Source of the DNA: Pseudodesulfovibrio piezophilus C1TLV30
Lineage (GTDB): Bacteria > Desulfobacterota > Desulfovibrionia > Desulfovibrionales > Desulfovibrionaceae
Reading direction: 5' to 3'
Length of the DNA stretch: 32,000 bases
Assembly: GCF_000341895.1 (NCBI RefSeq)
Contig: NC_020409.1
Span: 3,028,411 to 3,060,410, forward strand
This document shows, piece by piece, positions 1 through 9,769 of the stretch (position 1 is the first letter of the stretch; every line of letters begins with the position of its first letter). The position numbers and the translations under genes were made by a program. The notes below the pieces were generated by a model, which searched no databases, had not been told where the DNA came from, and saw only the letters and a list, made by a program, of their open reading frames with translations.

Positions 1-613
1 TCAATGCTTCCTGCTCACTGGTCAATTCAGGAACTTCAGGTTCCATGAGAGGTTCGAGTTCGGCAATGTGGAACGGGTCACTGGAGGTGAATCGCTTCAC
101 TTTGGCGCGGGCCAGTCCCTGCACCAGCACCTTGAGGCGACCATCAGGCATTTTCAACATTCGCATGATCATGCCGACAGTACCGGTTGCGTACAATTCA
201 TCCTCGGTCGGGTCTTCCACTGCCTCGTCTTTCTGGGTGAGAATGAGGATGTATCGGTCAGCGGCGAGAGCTGCATCCACGGCCTTGACAGATTTCTCGC
301 GTCCGACAAAAAGGGGCAGTATCATATAGTTGAAGACAACAATATCGCGTACGGCAAGCACTGGAAGTTCTTGTGGAATATCTGCTGGATTGGGACCCGC
401 AAGATCATCCCCTTCGCCAAAAATGGCTGCACTGCCGGGGGCACTGGTCAAAGCTTCGATGATTTCAGGCAACTCTTCACCGCTTCCGGGACGGATTGTC
501 CCCTTGTCACGGGGGGTGGCGGGTTTGTTGGGAGATGAGTTCTTGTCCCGTATATTCTTCTTGCGTTGTATGCGCGAAGGCTTGATCGGTGTATTTTTCT
601 TTTTCCTGCTCAA
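1..613 (-). CDS. lon: ATP-dependent Lon protease, N-terminal part (rest of gene lies beyond window start)
   Basis: Manual minus-strand translation gives ...ELPVLAVRDIVVFNYMILPLFVGREKSVKAVDAALAADRYILILTQKDEAVEDPTEDELYATGTVGMIMRMLKMPDGRLKVLVQGLARAKVKRF..., a typical LON N-terminal domain. There is no in-frame ATG upstream. The best start is TTG at 611-613, preceded by AAGGA and directly after an in-frame TAA. It is not in the ORF track because the frame is open at the window edge. Confidence 0.8.
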   Translation of the reverse strand, partial: MSRKKKNTPIKPSRIQRKKNIRDKNSSPNKPATPRDKGTIRPGSGEELPEIIEALTSAPGSAAIFGEGDDLAGPNPADIPQELPVLAVRDIVVFNYMILPLFVGREKSVKAVDAALAADRYILILTQKDEAVEDPTEDELYATGTVGMIMRMLKMPDGRLKVLVQGLARAKVKRFTSSDPFHIAELEPLMEPEVPELTSEQEAL

Positions 614-635
614 GATGACATCCTTTTATTTCAGT

Positions 636-690
636 GAAAACAGGTCTGCTTACCTCATTTAAGTCGTCATATCGACTTGGCAAGCCTGTT
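636..690 (-). terminator. Imperfect long hairpin followed by TTTTC, downstream of acyP
   Basis: Minus strand reads ACAGG-CTTGCC-AAGTCG-ATATGA-CGACTT-AAATGA-GGTAAG-CAG-ACCTGT, then TTTTCAC. It starts 13 nt after the acyP stop. The U-tract is only 4 nt long. Confidence 0.4.
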
Positions 691-702
691 TTTCATGTAA
701 TT

Positions 703-984
703 TCATAGTTTCTGACGCCATGTGGTAAAGCTGTCAAAATGCTCCCGGAGTTCTCCGATTGTCGATTCGACTCGGCTGACCCGTGCCAACAGTGGCCCTT
801 CATGCAGCCGTGCGGCAAAGAGTTTCAGAACCATCGGTTCTCCTTGTGCCAGGGCTTCGACATGACCATCGGGTCGATTTCGTACCCACCCGGTGACACC
901 CAATTCCTTTGCCAGCTCACAGGTCCATTTCCTGAACCAGACTCTTTGCACCTTGCCGTGGATAATGGCTCTTAGTTCCTGCAT
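703..984 (-). CDS. acyP: Acylphosphatase
   Basis: 93 aa. IHGKVQRVWFRKWTCELAKELGVTGWVRNRPDGHVEALAQGE matches the acylphosphatase signature (V-x-G-x-VQGV-x-FR ... G-x-V-x-N-x-x-DG-x-VE). ATG at 984 abuts the radC stop at 985-987. Confidence 0.85.
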   Translation of the reverse strand: MQELRAIIHGKVQRVWFRKWTCELAKELGVTGWVRNRPDGHVEALAQGEPMVLKLFAARLHEGPLLARVSRVESTIGELREHFDSFTTWRQKL

Positions 985-1668
985 CTACAGACGTCCTTGC
1001 TCATTAAAACTGTAATAGTCATGGTCGGTGACTATCAGGTGGTCCAGAATCCGGATATCCAGTCCATGGGCAGTCTCCCTGATTCGTTCCGTCAAGAGAA
1101 TGTCTTCGCTGGAAGGGGACGGATCACCACCAGGATGATTGTGCGCCAGGATGATGCTTGCGGCTTCGAGCCTGAGCGCTGTAGCCATGATCTCCCTGGG
1201 AAAAACCGGTGTGGCATTGACTGTCCCTTTGCTCACTCTCTCCCAGGCGATGACTCTGTTTTTGGAGTCGAGATAGGCGGCCCAGAATTCTTCCACGCCC
1301 TTGTTGCCGATTCGCGCCATGGCCGCCTTGGCAACGTCTGCCGGGTCCGACAGGCTGGTTCCGCTGCGAGTGACAGCTTCCCCCACGCGGGCATGGAGTT
1401 CTTGTGTCAACATCCATTGCGACCGAACTCCGTCGCCAATACCCTTGATACCTTCCAATTGGTCTGGTCGGGCCATGATGGCGTCTTTCAAAGAACCGAA
1501 CCGCTCGATGAGTTCCTTGGCAAGCGGTTTTGTATCCCTGCGTGGCAAAACCAACGCAAGGAGCAACTCCAGCACTTCATAGTCGGCCAAAGCGCGCGGA
1601 TTGTGTGCGAGCTTTTCCTTGAGACGTTGTCTGTGGCCGAGGTAGTGAGGCTTCTTTGGTACTGTCAT
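985..1668 (-). CDS. radC: RadC-family (UPF0758) JAB-domain protein
   Basis: 227 aa. N-terminal helix-hairpin-helix-like region (IKGIGDG). C-terminal JAMM motif AHNHPGGDPSPSSEDILLTERI. Confidence 0.85.
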   Translation of the reverse strand: MTVPKKPHYLGHRQRLKEKLAHNPRALADYEVLELLLALVLPRRDTKPLAKELIERFGSLKDAIMARPDQLEGIKGIGDGVRSQWMLTQELHARVGEAVTRSGTSLSDPADVAKAAMARIGNKGVEEFWAAYLDSKNRVIAWERVSKGTVNATPVFPREIMATALRLEAASIILAHNHPGGDPSPSSEDILLTERIRETAHGLDIRILDHLIVTDHDYYSFNEQGRL

Positions 1669-1718
1669 ATCCGGGAAGTCAACAGGAGAAATAGTATTTT
1701 GGGATTATTATAACAGAG

Positions 1719-2717
1719 CTAAAAACGAGTGGCCTGGCCGCGAGGCTGGAAAAGATCAATGAGACCGGCAATGAGAATATCAAGTACTTCTTCATATTTG
1801 CGCTCTCCGGTCTTGATGGACATCTCAGCCTCAAGGGCGAGATCCAGCATGTGGGCTATACCGTTTCGACCCAGCCGTTGTGCAACTCCCGTCTTGAGTT
1901 TCTTGACATAGGGATGAGCTTTGACTTTGGTCTCCTCCCCACTGATCAGCATCCAGTACATGCGCGCCTGACTGGCGAGGAATCCGATCAGGTTGAATAA
2001 CATTTGATCCTTGGCCGCTTTGAAGTGATCATTGATGACCCGTTTCCAGACAGAGGCCTCGGCCCCGCGCTTGCCAAGGGCATCCATGAGTTCGAAAAAT
2101 TCCATTTCGCCGACTTGTGCCACAAGATCAACATGATCGCGGCGGAGAATTCGTTGCTCTCCGGCTGCCAGGTCCAATTTCTCCAACTCCAGTTTGGCGG
2201 CTACGGCATCCACGGGAAGGGCTTGAGTCAAGGCCTGTTCGACTCCCCGTTCGAAAGTTATCGCGTTCGTGGCTCCCCAATTCCGTACGAATTCTCCCAA
2301 AGTTCGGCGGTCCAATCCGGGGGATTCCCATATCCAACCTTCCTGTTGGGCCTTTTTGAAAAGATTCCTGCGGGACAGAGTGGCTGGGACCGGAGCTTTT
2401 TTTCCCTTCCATTGGCCTTCCAGACAAAAAATGGGAAAAACATCCGACCCAATGCCTTTGACCCCGGCATCAAGCTTGTCCCAGTATTCGGCCTTGAGGC
2501 TGTGAGCGCGGCGTACGATCAAAGCTTTGGGTTGGGGGAAGAGTGATTTGATGGTCAGGTCTGTCCAATAACCGGCAGGAAGTGGATCGTCATCATCACC
2601 CCAGAAGGTTTTGTGTTCCCAATCGGAACGTCCGGATGCCTTGAGTTGTTCATCTGTGTGCAGTCGGATCAACTCCGGGTCAGGGCAAACGAAAAAAAGA
2701 TAGCGGGGGCGGTTCAT
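1719..2717 (-). CDS. holA: DNA polymerase III delta subunit (probable)
   Basis: 332 aa. It occupies the position directly after lptE in the conserved leuS-lptE-holA arrangement. Delta-like layout: N-terminal LFF/ALIVRRA strand motifs and a helical C-terminal half. The call rests on synteny plus architecture, with no strict motif. Confidence 0.65.
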   Translation of the reverse strand: MNRPRYLFFVCPDPELIRLHTDEQLKASGRSDWEHKTFWGDDDDPLPAGYWTDLTIKSLFPQPKALIVRRAHSLKAEYWDKLDAGVKGIGSDVFPIFCLEGQWKGKKAPVPATLSRRNLFKKAQQEGWIWESPGLDRRTLGEFVRNWGATNAITFERGVEQALTQALPVDAVAAKLELEKLDLAAGEQRILRRDHVDLVAQVGEMEFFELMDALGKRGAEASVWKRVINDHFKAAKDQMLFNLIGFLASQARMYWMLISGEETKVKAHPYVKKLKTGVAQRLGRNGIAHMLDLALEAEMSIKTGERKYEEVLDILIAGLIDLFQPRGQATRF

Positions 2718-2732
2718 GCCAAGATTCCTGAC

Positions 2733-3227
2733 TTAGTAGTTCTGGGATAGACGATCTGCCAGGCGACGTATCCCGAGCCGGGTGACCTCTTTATCCGCTT
2801 CACTTTCCTGGCCGGAATAGAAAGGCCAGCTCTGATTGATTGTTCCGGATGCCCAGACGACATGGCTGTCTACAGCTGATTTGATAACTGCCTGAAATTC
2901 GAATCGCGCTGTGGATCGCAGCGTGTCATCATCTTCACCTTCCACGGCAGTGGGTCGGTAATACTTGACTATCTTGAATTCGAGGAAGGCGTCAGCCTCC
3001 TCTCTGTCATCGGTCCATGTGATATTAGAACGTGCGCCCAGTTCATCCCTGAGCAATTTGCGGATACGGGGTTCCAGCCATGTCTGCATGGTTGGGTTTT
3101 CCACTTTGGTGATGGTTATTGTACGAAAGTTGCGGGCGAGGACCGAGTGTCCGGCATTGCCGAAACCGTATCCGCACGCCATGAGCATGAGGGGCAGCAG
3201 AAAAATGATATAGCGAAGGAATTTCAT
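2733..3227 (-). CDS. lptE: LPS-assembly lipoprotein LptE-like
   Basis: Signal peptide with lipobox MKFLRYIIFLLPLMLMAC|G. ATG at 3227 with GGAGA 7 nt upstream, whereas the track start at 3290 adds 21 non-signal residues. About 164 aa, sitting between leuS and holA as in the known leuS-lptE-holA synteny. Confidence 0.6.
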   Translation of the reverse strand: MKFLRYIIFLLPLMLMACGYGFGNAGHSVLARNFRTITITKVENPTMQTWLEPRIRKLLRDELGARSNITWTDDREEADAFLEFKIVKYYRPTAVEGEDDDTLRSTARFEFQAVIKSAVDSHVVWASGTINQSWPFYSGQESEADKEVTRLGIRRLADRLSQNY

Positions 3228-3311
3228 CCATAGTCTCCATATGTTGGTCTCCAGCTGTTGATGATACTTGGAAACTGCGCAAAGGTCCATATGGATGACC
3301 GAGTCGCTGAA

Positions 3312-3345
3312 AGGAAAAGCCGGAAGGGTGTATCCTTTCCGGCTG
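3312..3345 (-). terminator. Rho-independent terminator after the WtpA-like gene
   Basis: Minus strand: GCCGGAAAGG-ATACA-CCCTTCCGGC followed by TTTTCCTTTC, about 20 nt after the stop at 3366. Confidence 0.65.
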
Positions 3346-3365
3346 TTGGTTGTTGTCGGAGCAGG

Positions 3366-4340
3366 CTATTGAGCAACGACTTGATCTCTGAACGTCTCAG
3401 GTAAGCGTGGGAACATGGTTGCGCGTGTGCGAGCCGGAATAAAAGGGGGTTGCCCCATCTTTTTGAGTACTTCAAGCCCACCAGCCGGATCCAGGAGATA
3501 GGAGAGAAAGGCTTCAGCGGCTTCCCTGTTCGGAGCCTTGTCGAGCAGGGTGACGCCGTAGGTGATAGATTTACCAACTCTTTCGAGAGTTGTTCCGGTT
3601 TTTTTCCCGGTCACGGTGACGCGGGCTTGCCGATAGAAGTTATCCATGGCGACATCTCCAAGATTGATGTGCCGATCCAGTGCGATATATTCCAGGTTGT
3701 GCTGGACCGCCACGGAAAGGTATTCGAATGCATAATCCATTTCGCCATGTTTGAGCAGTGCCACAAGCTCCTTGGCTTTGGGGCGAACGTTTTCCGGCGG
3801 TCGGTTTTGCATGCAGGCCGCATAGAGTCCATTCTTTGCATAAAACTTTTCCGCCAGTTGCAGAACCATGAGACTCCTATAGCCGCACGGGTCCAGGTCC
3901 GGGTCCGAGTGGCCCCATATGACATTTTTATTCTGGAGGATTTCATACCAGTTATCCTGATTGATAGTTTCAGCCATCCGACTGGTTTTGGTATAGCAAA
4001 GTACGATTTGGTTGGAGGCAAACTGGATATTCCATGAAGCGAAATCAGGGATCAGATTTTTGTCGATGACGACATAATCGGCGGAGGCCATGATGTCTGT
4101 CTGTTCTCCGGTTTCCGAAATGAGGCGGGCCATCTTGGTACTTCCCCCGGCTTTGGTCCTGATTTTGACATCCGGGTATCGGGCCTGGAATTCTTTGGTC
4201 ATGGCTTGCAACGGTACGGTGAGGCTTCCGGCATGGTATATTACAAGCGTGCCGGAGGGTTCGGCTCCAGCGTGTGTCGCTGACAGGAATATCAATCCGA
4301 TAATCATGTATAAAGAGCACAAGAAATGGCGACAAGTCAT
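3366..4340 (-). CDS. wtpA: Periplasmic tungstate/molybdate-binding protein, WtpA-like (PBP2 fold)
   Basis: Signal peptide [29 protein letters not shown] at 4340 with GGAGA 6 nt upstream. Recalled WtpA-like blocks are [35 protein letters not shown] and [10 protein letters not shown]. No permease or ATPase gene is adjacent. Confidence 0.7.
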   Translation of the reverse strand: MTCRHFLCSLYMIIGLIFLSATHAGAEPSGTLVIYHAGSLTVPLQAMTKEFQARYPDVKIRTKAGGSTKMARLISETGEQTDIMASADYVVIDKNLIPDFASWNIQFASNQIVLCYTKTSRMAETINQDNWYEILQNKNVIWGHSDPDLDPCGYRSLMVLQLAEKFYAKNGLYAACMQNRPPENVRPKAKELVALLKHGEMDYAFEYLSVAVQHNLEYIALDRHINLGDVAMDNFYRQARVTVTGKKTGTTLERVGKSITYGVTLLDKAPNREAAEAFLSYLLDPAGGLEVLKKMGQPPFIPARTRATMFPRLPETFRDQVVAQ

Positions 4341-4436
4341 GAAATTCTCCAATGTTGAGAGTCGTATGATCTCTTTTCCCTTGAGCACGATGAAGTCTGT
4401 GCGTCAACATCAGCATACTTCGTATGAGTCTGACAC

Positions 4437-4478
4437 AAAAAAAGAAGGCCGGAAGAGTGCAACTCTCCTGGCCTTCTT
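4437..4478 (-). terminator. Rho-independent terminator of leuS
   Basis: Minus strand: GAAGGCCAGGAGAG-TTGC-ACTCTTCCGGCCTTC followed by TTTTTTT, about 20 nt after the leuS stop. Confidence 0.8.
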
Positions 4479-4496
4479 GACACATTATGGTTCTTG

Positions 4497-6998
4497 CTAG
4501 TTGGCAACGATATTGACGAGTCTGTTGGGGATGACAATGACCTTGCGGACTGTCTTGTCCTCAATGAATTTGACCACGTTTTCCATGCCAAGGGCGATCT
4601 TTTCCGCCTCGTCCTTGGGGGCGTTGTTGGGAGCCTGGAACTTGCCGCGAACTTTGCCGTTGACCTGGACAACCATGGTGACTTCATCCTTGACTAAGGC
4701 TTTTTCGTCAAAGATCGGCCATGCCTGTTTCGTCAGGCTCTGTGCATGTCCTGTTGCCTGCCACAATTCTTCACAGATATGGGGTGTAACCGGAGAAAGC
4801 AGGGTGACTGCTGTGGCAACGGCAGACGACAGAGCCTCAGGGTTCTCTTCGGCCAATTGGTCCTTGAGGTGGTACATCTCATTGACCAGTTCCATGATGG
4901 CCGCGATGACTGTGTTGAATTGGAATTCGTTTTCAATATCGCGAGTGGCCCGGCGAATAGTGTCATGCTCCTTGAACCGAAGTTGCTTTTCAGCTTCGGT
5001 CTGGGGCGCGTCAAATGAGGCCGGACCAACAGGTTTCAATCGGTCCTGCTGGTCTTCCACAAGTCGCCAGAGGCGGTTGAGGAAGCGGAATGCGCCCTCG
5101 ATACCCTGGTCTGACCACTCCAATTCCTTGATAGGCGGAGAAGCAAACAGGATAAAGAGGCGAGTTGCATCTGCTCCGTACTGGCTGATCATGGCATTGG
5201 GATCGACTACGTTGCCCTTGGATTTGGACATCTTGCCGCCATCCTTGAGCACCATTCCCTGCGTCAGCAGGTTTGCAAACGGTTCGGTTGCCTTAATGAA
5301 TCCGGTGTCACGAAGCGCCTTGGTGAAAAAACGTGAGTACAGCAGATGTAAAATGGCATGTTCGATGCCACCGATATACTGATCCACGTTCATCCAGTAG
5401 TCAGTGGCTTCCTGGCTGAATGGTTCCGTTTCATTGCGCGGGTCGCAGTACCGCATGTAGTACCAGGACGATTCGAAGAAAGTATCAAATGTGTCCGTTT
5501 CTCGGCGTGCGGGCTTGCCACAGTGTGGGCAGTCGCAGTTGACGAACTCTTCCATTTGGGGAAGAGGGGACTTGCCATCTTTTCTGACCTGCGCATTTTC
5601 AGGAAGCATCAGCGGCAGTTGGTCTTCAGGGACCGGGACCGTTCCGCACTCTTTGCAATAGATAATGGGAATGGGTGCGCCCCAGAAGCGTTGGCGAGAG
5701 ATATTCCAATCCCGCAGGCGGTAATTGACGGCCATGGTGCCTTTGCCGGAGGAGTCCAAGTGCTCGACTATTGCCTGTTTGGCATCTTCATTGAGCATGC
5801 CGTCAAACTTATCCGAGTTGACGAGATAGCCGGGAGCGGCATAGGCAGCTTCCAGATCGGATTCGGCCAAGATTTCGCCCTTGTCGTGCAACTCTTTAGG
5901 GTTGATGACGATTTTGAGCGAAAGATTGTATTTGCGGGCAAATTCGAAATCACGCTGATCATGAGCCGGGACAGCCATGACTGCTCCGGTCCCGTACCCC
6001 ATCAGCACGAAGTTGGCGATGAATATGGGTATTTCTGCACCTGTGACGGGATTGATACAGTATCTACCAGTGAAAATGCCTTCTTTTTCCAGATCATCGG
6101 CTCCGCGTTTGATGCGGTCCATATTCCTGATGTTGTTGATAAAAGATTCTATTTCGTCCTTATTCTCCGCCTCGGCGATCAGTGATTCGACCATGGGATG
6201 TTCGGCTGCCACGGACATGAAAGTGGCCCCGTACACGGTGTCGGGACGGGTGGTGAAGACCGTGATGGTTTCGGCCATGTCCTTGACCTGGAACGTCAGT
6301 TCGGCTCCGTAGCTTTTACCTATCCAGTTCCGTTGCATGGTCAGGACACGTTCAGGCCACCCGCCATCCAGCATTTCCAGATCCTTGAGCAATTCATCTG
6401 CATAATCGGTGATGCGCAGGAACCACTGCTCCATGTCTTTTTGCTCGACAACAGAATCACAGCGCCAGCACAATCCGTCCTCGACCTGTTCATTGGCCAG
6501 AACGGTATTGCAGTCCGGACACCAGTTCTGTGGTGAGTCTTTGCGATATGCGAGGCCTTTTTCCAGGAATTTGAGGAAGAATTTCTGTTCCCATTTATAG
6601 TATTCCGGGCGGCAGGTAGCGATCTCGCGTCGCCAGTCGTAGGAGTACCCGAGGCGCTGGAGTTGTTCACGCATCTCGGAAATGTTCTGGTAGGTCCACT
6701 TGGCCGGGTGGGTTTCATTCTTGATGGCCGCATTCTCAGCAGGCAGACCAAAGGCATCCCACCCCATGGGATGCAGGACATTGAACCCCTGCATGGTCTT
6801 GAAGCGGGCAACCACGTCGCCGATGGAGTAATTACGGACGTGCCCCATATGGATCTTGCCCGAAGGATAGGGAAACATTTCAAGCACATAGTACTTGGGT
6901 TTGCTCTCGTCCACCTCGACTTCGAAGCAACAGGAATTCTGCCATTCCTGTTGCCATTTTTTCTCAATTGCTTCCGGGTCGTATTTGCCTAAGGCCAT
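4497..6998 (-). CDS. leuS: Leucyl-tRNA synthetase
   Basis: 833 aa. Class I motifs HMGH ([13 protein letters not shown]) and KMSKS ([10 protein letters not shown]). CP1 editing-domain region and typical bacterial LeuS length. Confidence 0.97.
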   Translation of the reverse strand: MALGKYDPEAIEKKWQQEWQNSCCFEVEVDESKPKYYVLEMFPYPSGKIHMGHVRNYSIGDVVARFKTMQGFNVLHPMGWDAFGLPAENAAIKNETHPAKWTYQNISEMREQLQRLGYSYDWRREIATCRPEYYKWEQKFFLKFLEKGLAYRKDSPQNWCPDCNTVLANEQVEDGLCWRCDSVVEQKDMEQWFLRITDYADELLKDLEMLDGGWPERVLTMQRNWIGKSYGAELTFQVKDMAETITVFTTRPDTVYGATFMSVAAEHPMVESLIAEAENKDEIESFINNIRNMDRIKRGADDLEKEGIFTGRYCINPVTGAEIPIFIANFVLMGYGTGAVMAVPAHDQRDFEFARKYNLSLKIVINPKELHDKGEILAESDLEAAYAAPGYLVNSDKFDGMLNEDAKQAIVEHLDSSGKGTMAVNYRLRDWNISRQRFWGAPIPIIYCKECGTVPVPEDQLPLMLPENAQVRKDGKSPLPQMEEFVNCDCPHCGKPARRETDTFDTFFESSWYYMRYCDPRNETEPFSQEATDYWMNVDQYIGGIEHAILHLLYSRFFTKALRDTGFIKATEPFANLLTQGMVLKDGGKMSKSKGNVVDPNAMISQYGADATRLFILFASPPIKELEWSDQGIEGAFRFLNRLWRLVEDQQDRLKPVGPASFDAPQTEAEKQLRFKEHDTIRRATRDIENEFQFNTVIAAIMELVNEMYHLKDQLAEENPEALSSAVATAVTLLSPVTPHICEELWQATGHAQSLTKQAWPIFDEKALVKDEVTMVVQVNGKVRGKFQAPNNAPKDEAEKIALGMENVVKFIEDKTVRKVIVIPNRLVNIVAN

Positions 6999-7024
6999 GT
7001 CTGCGTCCTTGTGGGAATGGGGTA

Positions 7025-7483
7025 CTAGTTTTTGAGGTTCTTTGCCGCTCCGTCGAGCATACCATTGACGAATGAGCGGGATTTTTCATCCCCAAACGTT
7101 TTGGACAGCTCAATGGCTTCATTGATGGCGGCCTTGACCGGGATGTCTGTGTAGATCATTTCGTAAAGGGAGAGTCTGAGAATGGACAACTCCACTAGAG
7201 CGATTCGTTCGATTTTCCAGTGTTGGGAATTGTCACGGATGGTCGCGTCCAACTCGGTACGTTTGGCATCAACGCCCAGTACCAGATCTCGTGCAAACTG
7301 ACGTGCAGTTTCGGATTCTTCTTCCAGCACAAGGGGGTTGATATCGAACTGGTCTTCAATGCTCATGGGGTTCTTCGCGTCGACGAACTGCGTACCATAG
7401 AGCACCTGAAAGGCGAGGGTGCGTCCAACCCTGCGGATGCCGGGCCTGTTGCCCTTTTTTTTACCGGACATGAATGTCAGCAT
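7025..7483 (-). CDS. nusB: Transcription antitermination factor NusB
   Basis: 152 aa. [10 protein letters not shown] ... [18 protein letters not shown] ... [29 protein letters not shown] is typical NusB. It lies downstream of ribH as in many bacteria. An alternative start is the ATG at 7471 (MSGKKK). Confidence 0.85.
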   Translation of the reverse strand: MLTFMSGKKKGNRPGIRRVGRTLAFQVLYGTQFVDAKNPMSIEDQFDINPLVLEEESETARQFARDLVLGVDAKRTELDATIRDNSQHWKIERIALVELSILRLSLYEMIYTDIPVKAAINEAIELSKTFGDEKSRSFVNGMLDGAAKNLKN

Positions 7484-7670
7484 CCTGAGTGGTTTGAGTG
7501 AAAAATATCATGAAGTGTTCCAGACAATAGTTACAGGTGGTTTTCGGGGTATGGTCAATTCCATCGAGAAAAGCTCGTGTGAATCGTTTCCCGAAGATTG
7601 TGAAAGCGCATTGGGACATTCGTGATGCCCGCATTGTCAAACGGGCACCGTGATGTCTTGTGTCAGCAGG

Positions 7671-8138
7671 CTAGATCTGTTCCAGTACGCGGATGGTTTC
7701 AAGCAGGGCTGAGGCAGCCTCAACTCCCTTGTTTCCGCCCTTGGAGCCTGCACGTTCAATGGCTTGATCCAGAGAGTCACAGGTCAGCAGACCAAAGCCC
7801 ATGGGAACGCCTGTTTCCATGCTCGCCTGGGCGACACCTTTGGCGCATTCGTTACAGACATAATCAAAATGAGGGGTCGCTCCGCGAATGACTGCACCGA
7901 GGACCACGACACCGTCATAATCACCGGAACGAGCCAGTTTTTGCGCCGCGATGGGCAGTTCGAAAGCACCTGGCAGACGGACCAGAGTCAGGTTGTCTTC
8001 GCTTCCACCGTGCCGGACGAAGTAGTCCGTGGCTCCGGAAATGAGGCGATCGACAATGAAATCATTGAACCGGGCAGCCACAATGGCAATTTTGACGCCT
8101 TGGGCGTTCAGTTGGCCTTCGATAGTCTTTACGGGCAT
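7671..8138 (-). CDS. ribH: 6,7-dimethyl-8-ribityllumazine synthase
   Basis: [22 protein letters not shown] ... [14 protein letters not shown] are lumazine synthase signatures. The track start at 8198 is unlikely. GGGGGAG lies 8 nt before the ATG at 8138 ([10 protein letters not shown]); the ATG at 8144 is also possible. Confidence 0.9.
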   Translation of the reverse strand: MPVKTIEGQLNAQGVKIAIVAARFNDFIVDRLISGATDYFVRHGGSEDNLTLVRLPGAFELPIAAQKLARSGDYDGVVVLGAVIRGATPHFDYVCNECAKGVAQASMETGVPMGFGLLTCDSLDQAIERAGSKGGNKGVEAASALLETIRVLEQI

Positions 8139-8314
8139 GGTCATGTCTCCCCCAGAAAGGTGATGAATCTTTTTCGCTGTGGCTTCTTCCCGACCCATTC
8201 ATTTTCACGAATTGGTTAAGGGGGTGTTCTCTCCACAGTCTCAGAATTGGGCTCATCACCATCCTGATGTGTTTCTCTCTAATGATATACAGCGATATAC
8301 TATAGTTTTTCTTT

Positions 8315-9526
8315 TTACTTTTCGTCAACTTTGATCATGTGATCCATCTTGTCACGCTTGGTCTTAAGATATTTTACATTGATCTCACATGCGTCCACTT
8401 CAATGGGGACGCGCTCGGTAACTTTCAGCCCGTAGCCTTCAAGTCCCACCATCTTTTTAGGATTATTGGTCATGAGTTTCATCTTGGAGACGCCGAGAGC
8501 AACCAGAATTTGCGCTCCTGTGCCGTATTCGCGCATATCCGGCGGGAAGCCGAGCTTGACGTTGGCTTCGACCGTATCAAATCCCAGGTCTTGCAGGTGG
8601 TATGCCTTGATTTTGTTACCCAGGCCGATTCCTCTGCCTTCTTGGCGCATGTAGACAAGAACTCCCTTGCCCTCGTTACGAATCATGCACATGGCGTCGG
8701 CCAACTGAGGGCCGCAATCGCAGCGCAGGGAACCGAACACATCGCCAGTCAGGCACTCGGAGTGAACGCGAACCAATGTCGGTTCGTCCGGGGTAATGTC
8801 TCCCATGTACAAGGCGATATGTGTCTTGCCGTCGCACTCGGAGTGGAACGCCACGGATTTGAAATTACCCCAGCGGGTCGGGAGGGTGGCCTCGGCAATT
8901 TTTTCAACGCAGTGACCGTTGAATTTCATGCGGTAAGCGATAAGGTCAGCTACAGAGCATATTTTGAGATCGTGCTTTTTCGCGTAAATTTCAAGGTCGG
9001 GCAAGCGAGCCATGGTTCCATCTTCATTCATGATTTCGCAAATAACGGCTGCGGGCTTGAACCCGGCCAGCCGGGCGATATCGGAACCACCTTCTGTTTG
9101 TCCGGCGCGGACCAGGACGCCGCCGTCTTTGGCCCGTAGGGGAAAAATATGTCCCGGCGTGACTATGGAAGTTTCATCTGCTCCGTCCTCGACTGCGGTC
9201 AGGATGGTGGTCGCGCGGTCGGCAGCGGAGATGCCTGTGGTCACTCCTTCACGGGCTTCGATGGAAACCGTGAAGTTGGTGCCGAACCCGGATTCGTTTT
9301 TCTGGGCCATCAGTTGCAGGCCCAGATTGTCAGCCATCTCGTTGCTCATGGGCAGGCAGATCAATCCACGGCCATAGGTCGCCATAAAGTTGATGATCTC
9401 AGGGGTGACCGCTTCCGCAGCGCAAACCAGATCGCCTTCGTTCTCGCGATCTTCGTCGTCCACCATGATGACCATTTTGCCTTGGCGGATATCTTCAATG
9501 GCCTCTTCGATTGTGCACAATCCCAT
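8315..9526 (-). CDS. ribBA: Bifunctional 3,4-dihydroxy-2-butanone-4-phosphate synthase / GTP cyclohydrolase II
   Basis: [12 protein letters not shown] (RibB half) and [20 protein letters not shown] (RibA zinc site). GAGG lies 8 nt before the ATG at 9526 ([10 protein letters not shown]). ATG at 9532 or the track start at 9586 are less likely. Confidence 0.92.
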   Translation of the reverse strand: MGLCTIEEAIEDIRQGKMVIMVDDEDRENEGDLVCAAEAVTPEIINFMATYGRGLICLPMSNEMADNLGLQLMAQKNESGFGTNFTVSIEAREGVTTGISAADRATTILTAVEDGADETSIVTPGHIFPLRAKDGGVLVRAGQTEGGSDIARLAGFKPAAVICEIMNEDGTMARLPDLEIYAKKHDLKICSVADLIAYRMKFNGHCVEKIAEATLPTRWGNFKSVAFHSECDGKTHIALYMGDITPDEPTLVRVHSECLTGDVFGSLRCDCGPQLADAMCMIRNEGKGVLVYMRQEGRGIGLGNKIKAYHLQDLGFDTVEANVKLGFPPDMREYGTGAQILVALGVSKMKLMTNNPKKMVGLEGYGLKVTERVPIEVDACEINVKYLKTKRDKMDHMIKVDEK

Positions 9527-9769
9527 GTTCATTACCTCGTAAAAAAAATTTCTCCCCGAAACCAGTGGCAGGACACGAAATGCCACCCGTCAACGCGGAA
9601 CCAAACTACTTATCGTAAATATCTGGAGTAAGGAAGGGGAATTTTTCCCCAAAAAAAACGTGTCATAACAGTATGCTAGAGATGTCTATTCGTGTGGAGT
9701 CTCTGCTTTCTGTCCTCATCTCTCAGGGGAGATAGGCATTGAAATCGGCTTGGCAAGTCGTCCCGTGTT

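Noticed and set aside
45-662. Plus-strand ORFs of 94, 156 and 110 aa at the window start
   Set aside because: They lie antisense to a clear Lon N-terminal domain on the minus strand. They have odd composition (S/R/G-rich), no RBS and no recognisable motifs.
675-687. A repeated CTTGGCAAG 9-mer (675-687, 1515-1523, 9748-9760), considered as a sigma-54-like TGGCA element or REP-like repeat
   Set aside because: The expected -12 TTGC element is absent at the right spacing. One copy lies inside radC coding sequence (L-A-K codons). Three occurrences of a 9-mer built from common codons is compatible with chance.
997-1713. A 238-aa plus-strand ORF, and similar long plus-strand ORFs at 2004-2546, 4501-5382, 5358-6185, 8339-9139 and 13340-14089
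   Set aside because: Each is fully embedded antisense in a minus-strand gene with strong family signatures (radC, holA, leuS, ribBA, nrdD). These are typical shadow ORFs.
4341-4436. A Moco riboswitch upstream of the WtpA-like gene
   Set aside because: The leader is only about 96 nt and lacks the CCUCCGAG-type conserved core.
9527-9769. An FMN (RFN) riboswitch upstream of ribBA
   Set aside because: Only GGGGAAAAATTCCCC vaguely resembles the GGGTGAAATTCCC segment. The ACCGGCGGT and GGATG-AGA cores are missing.
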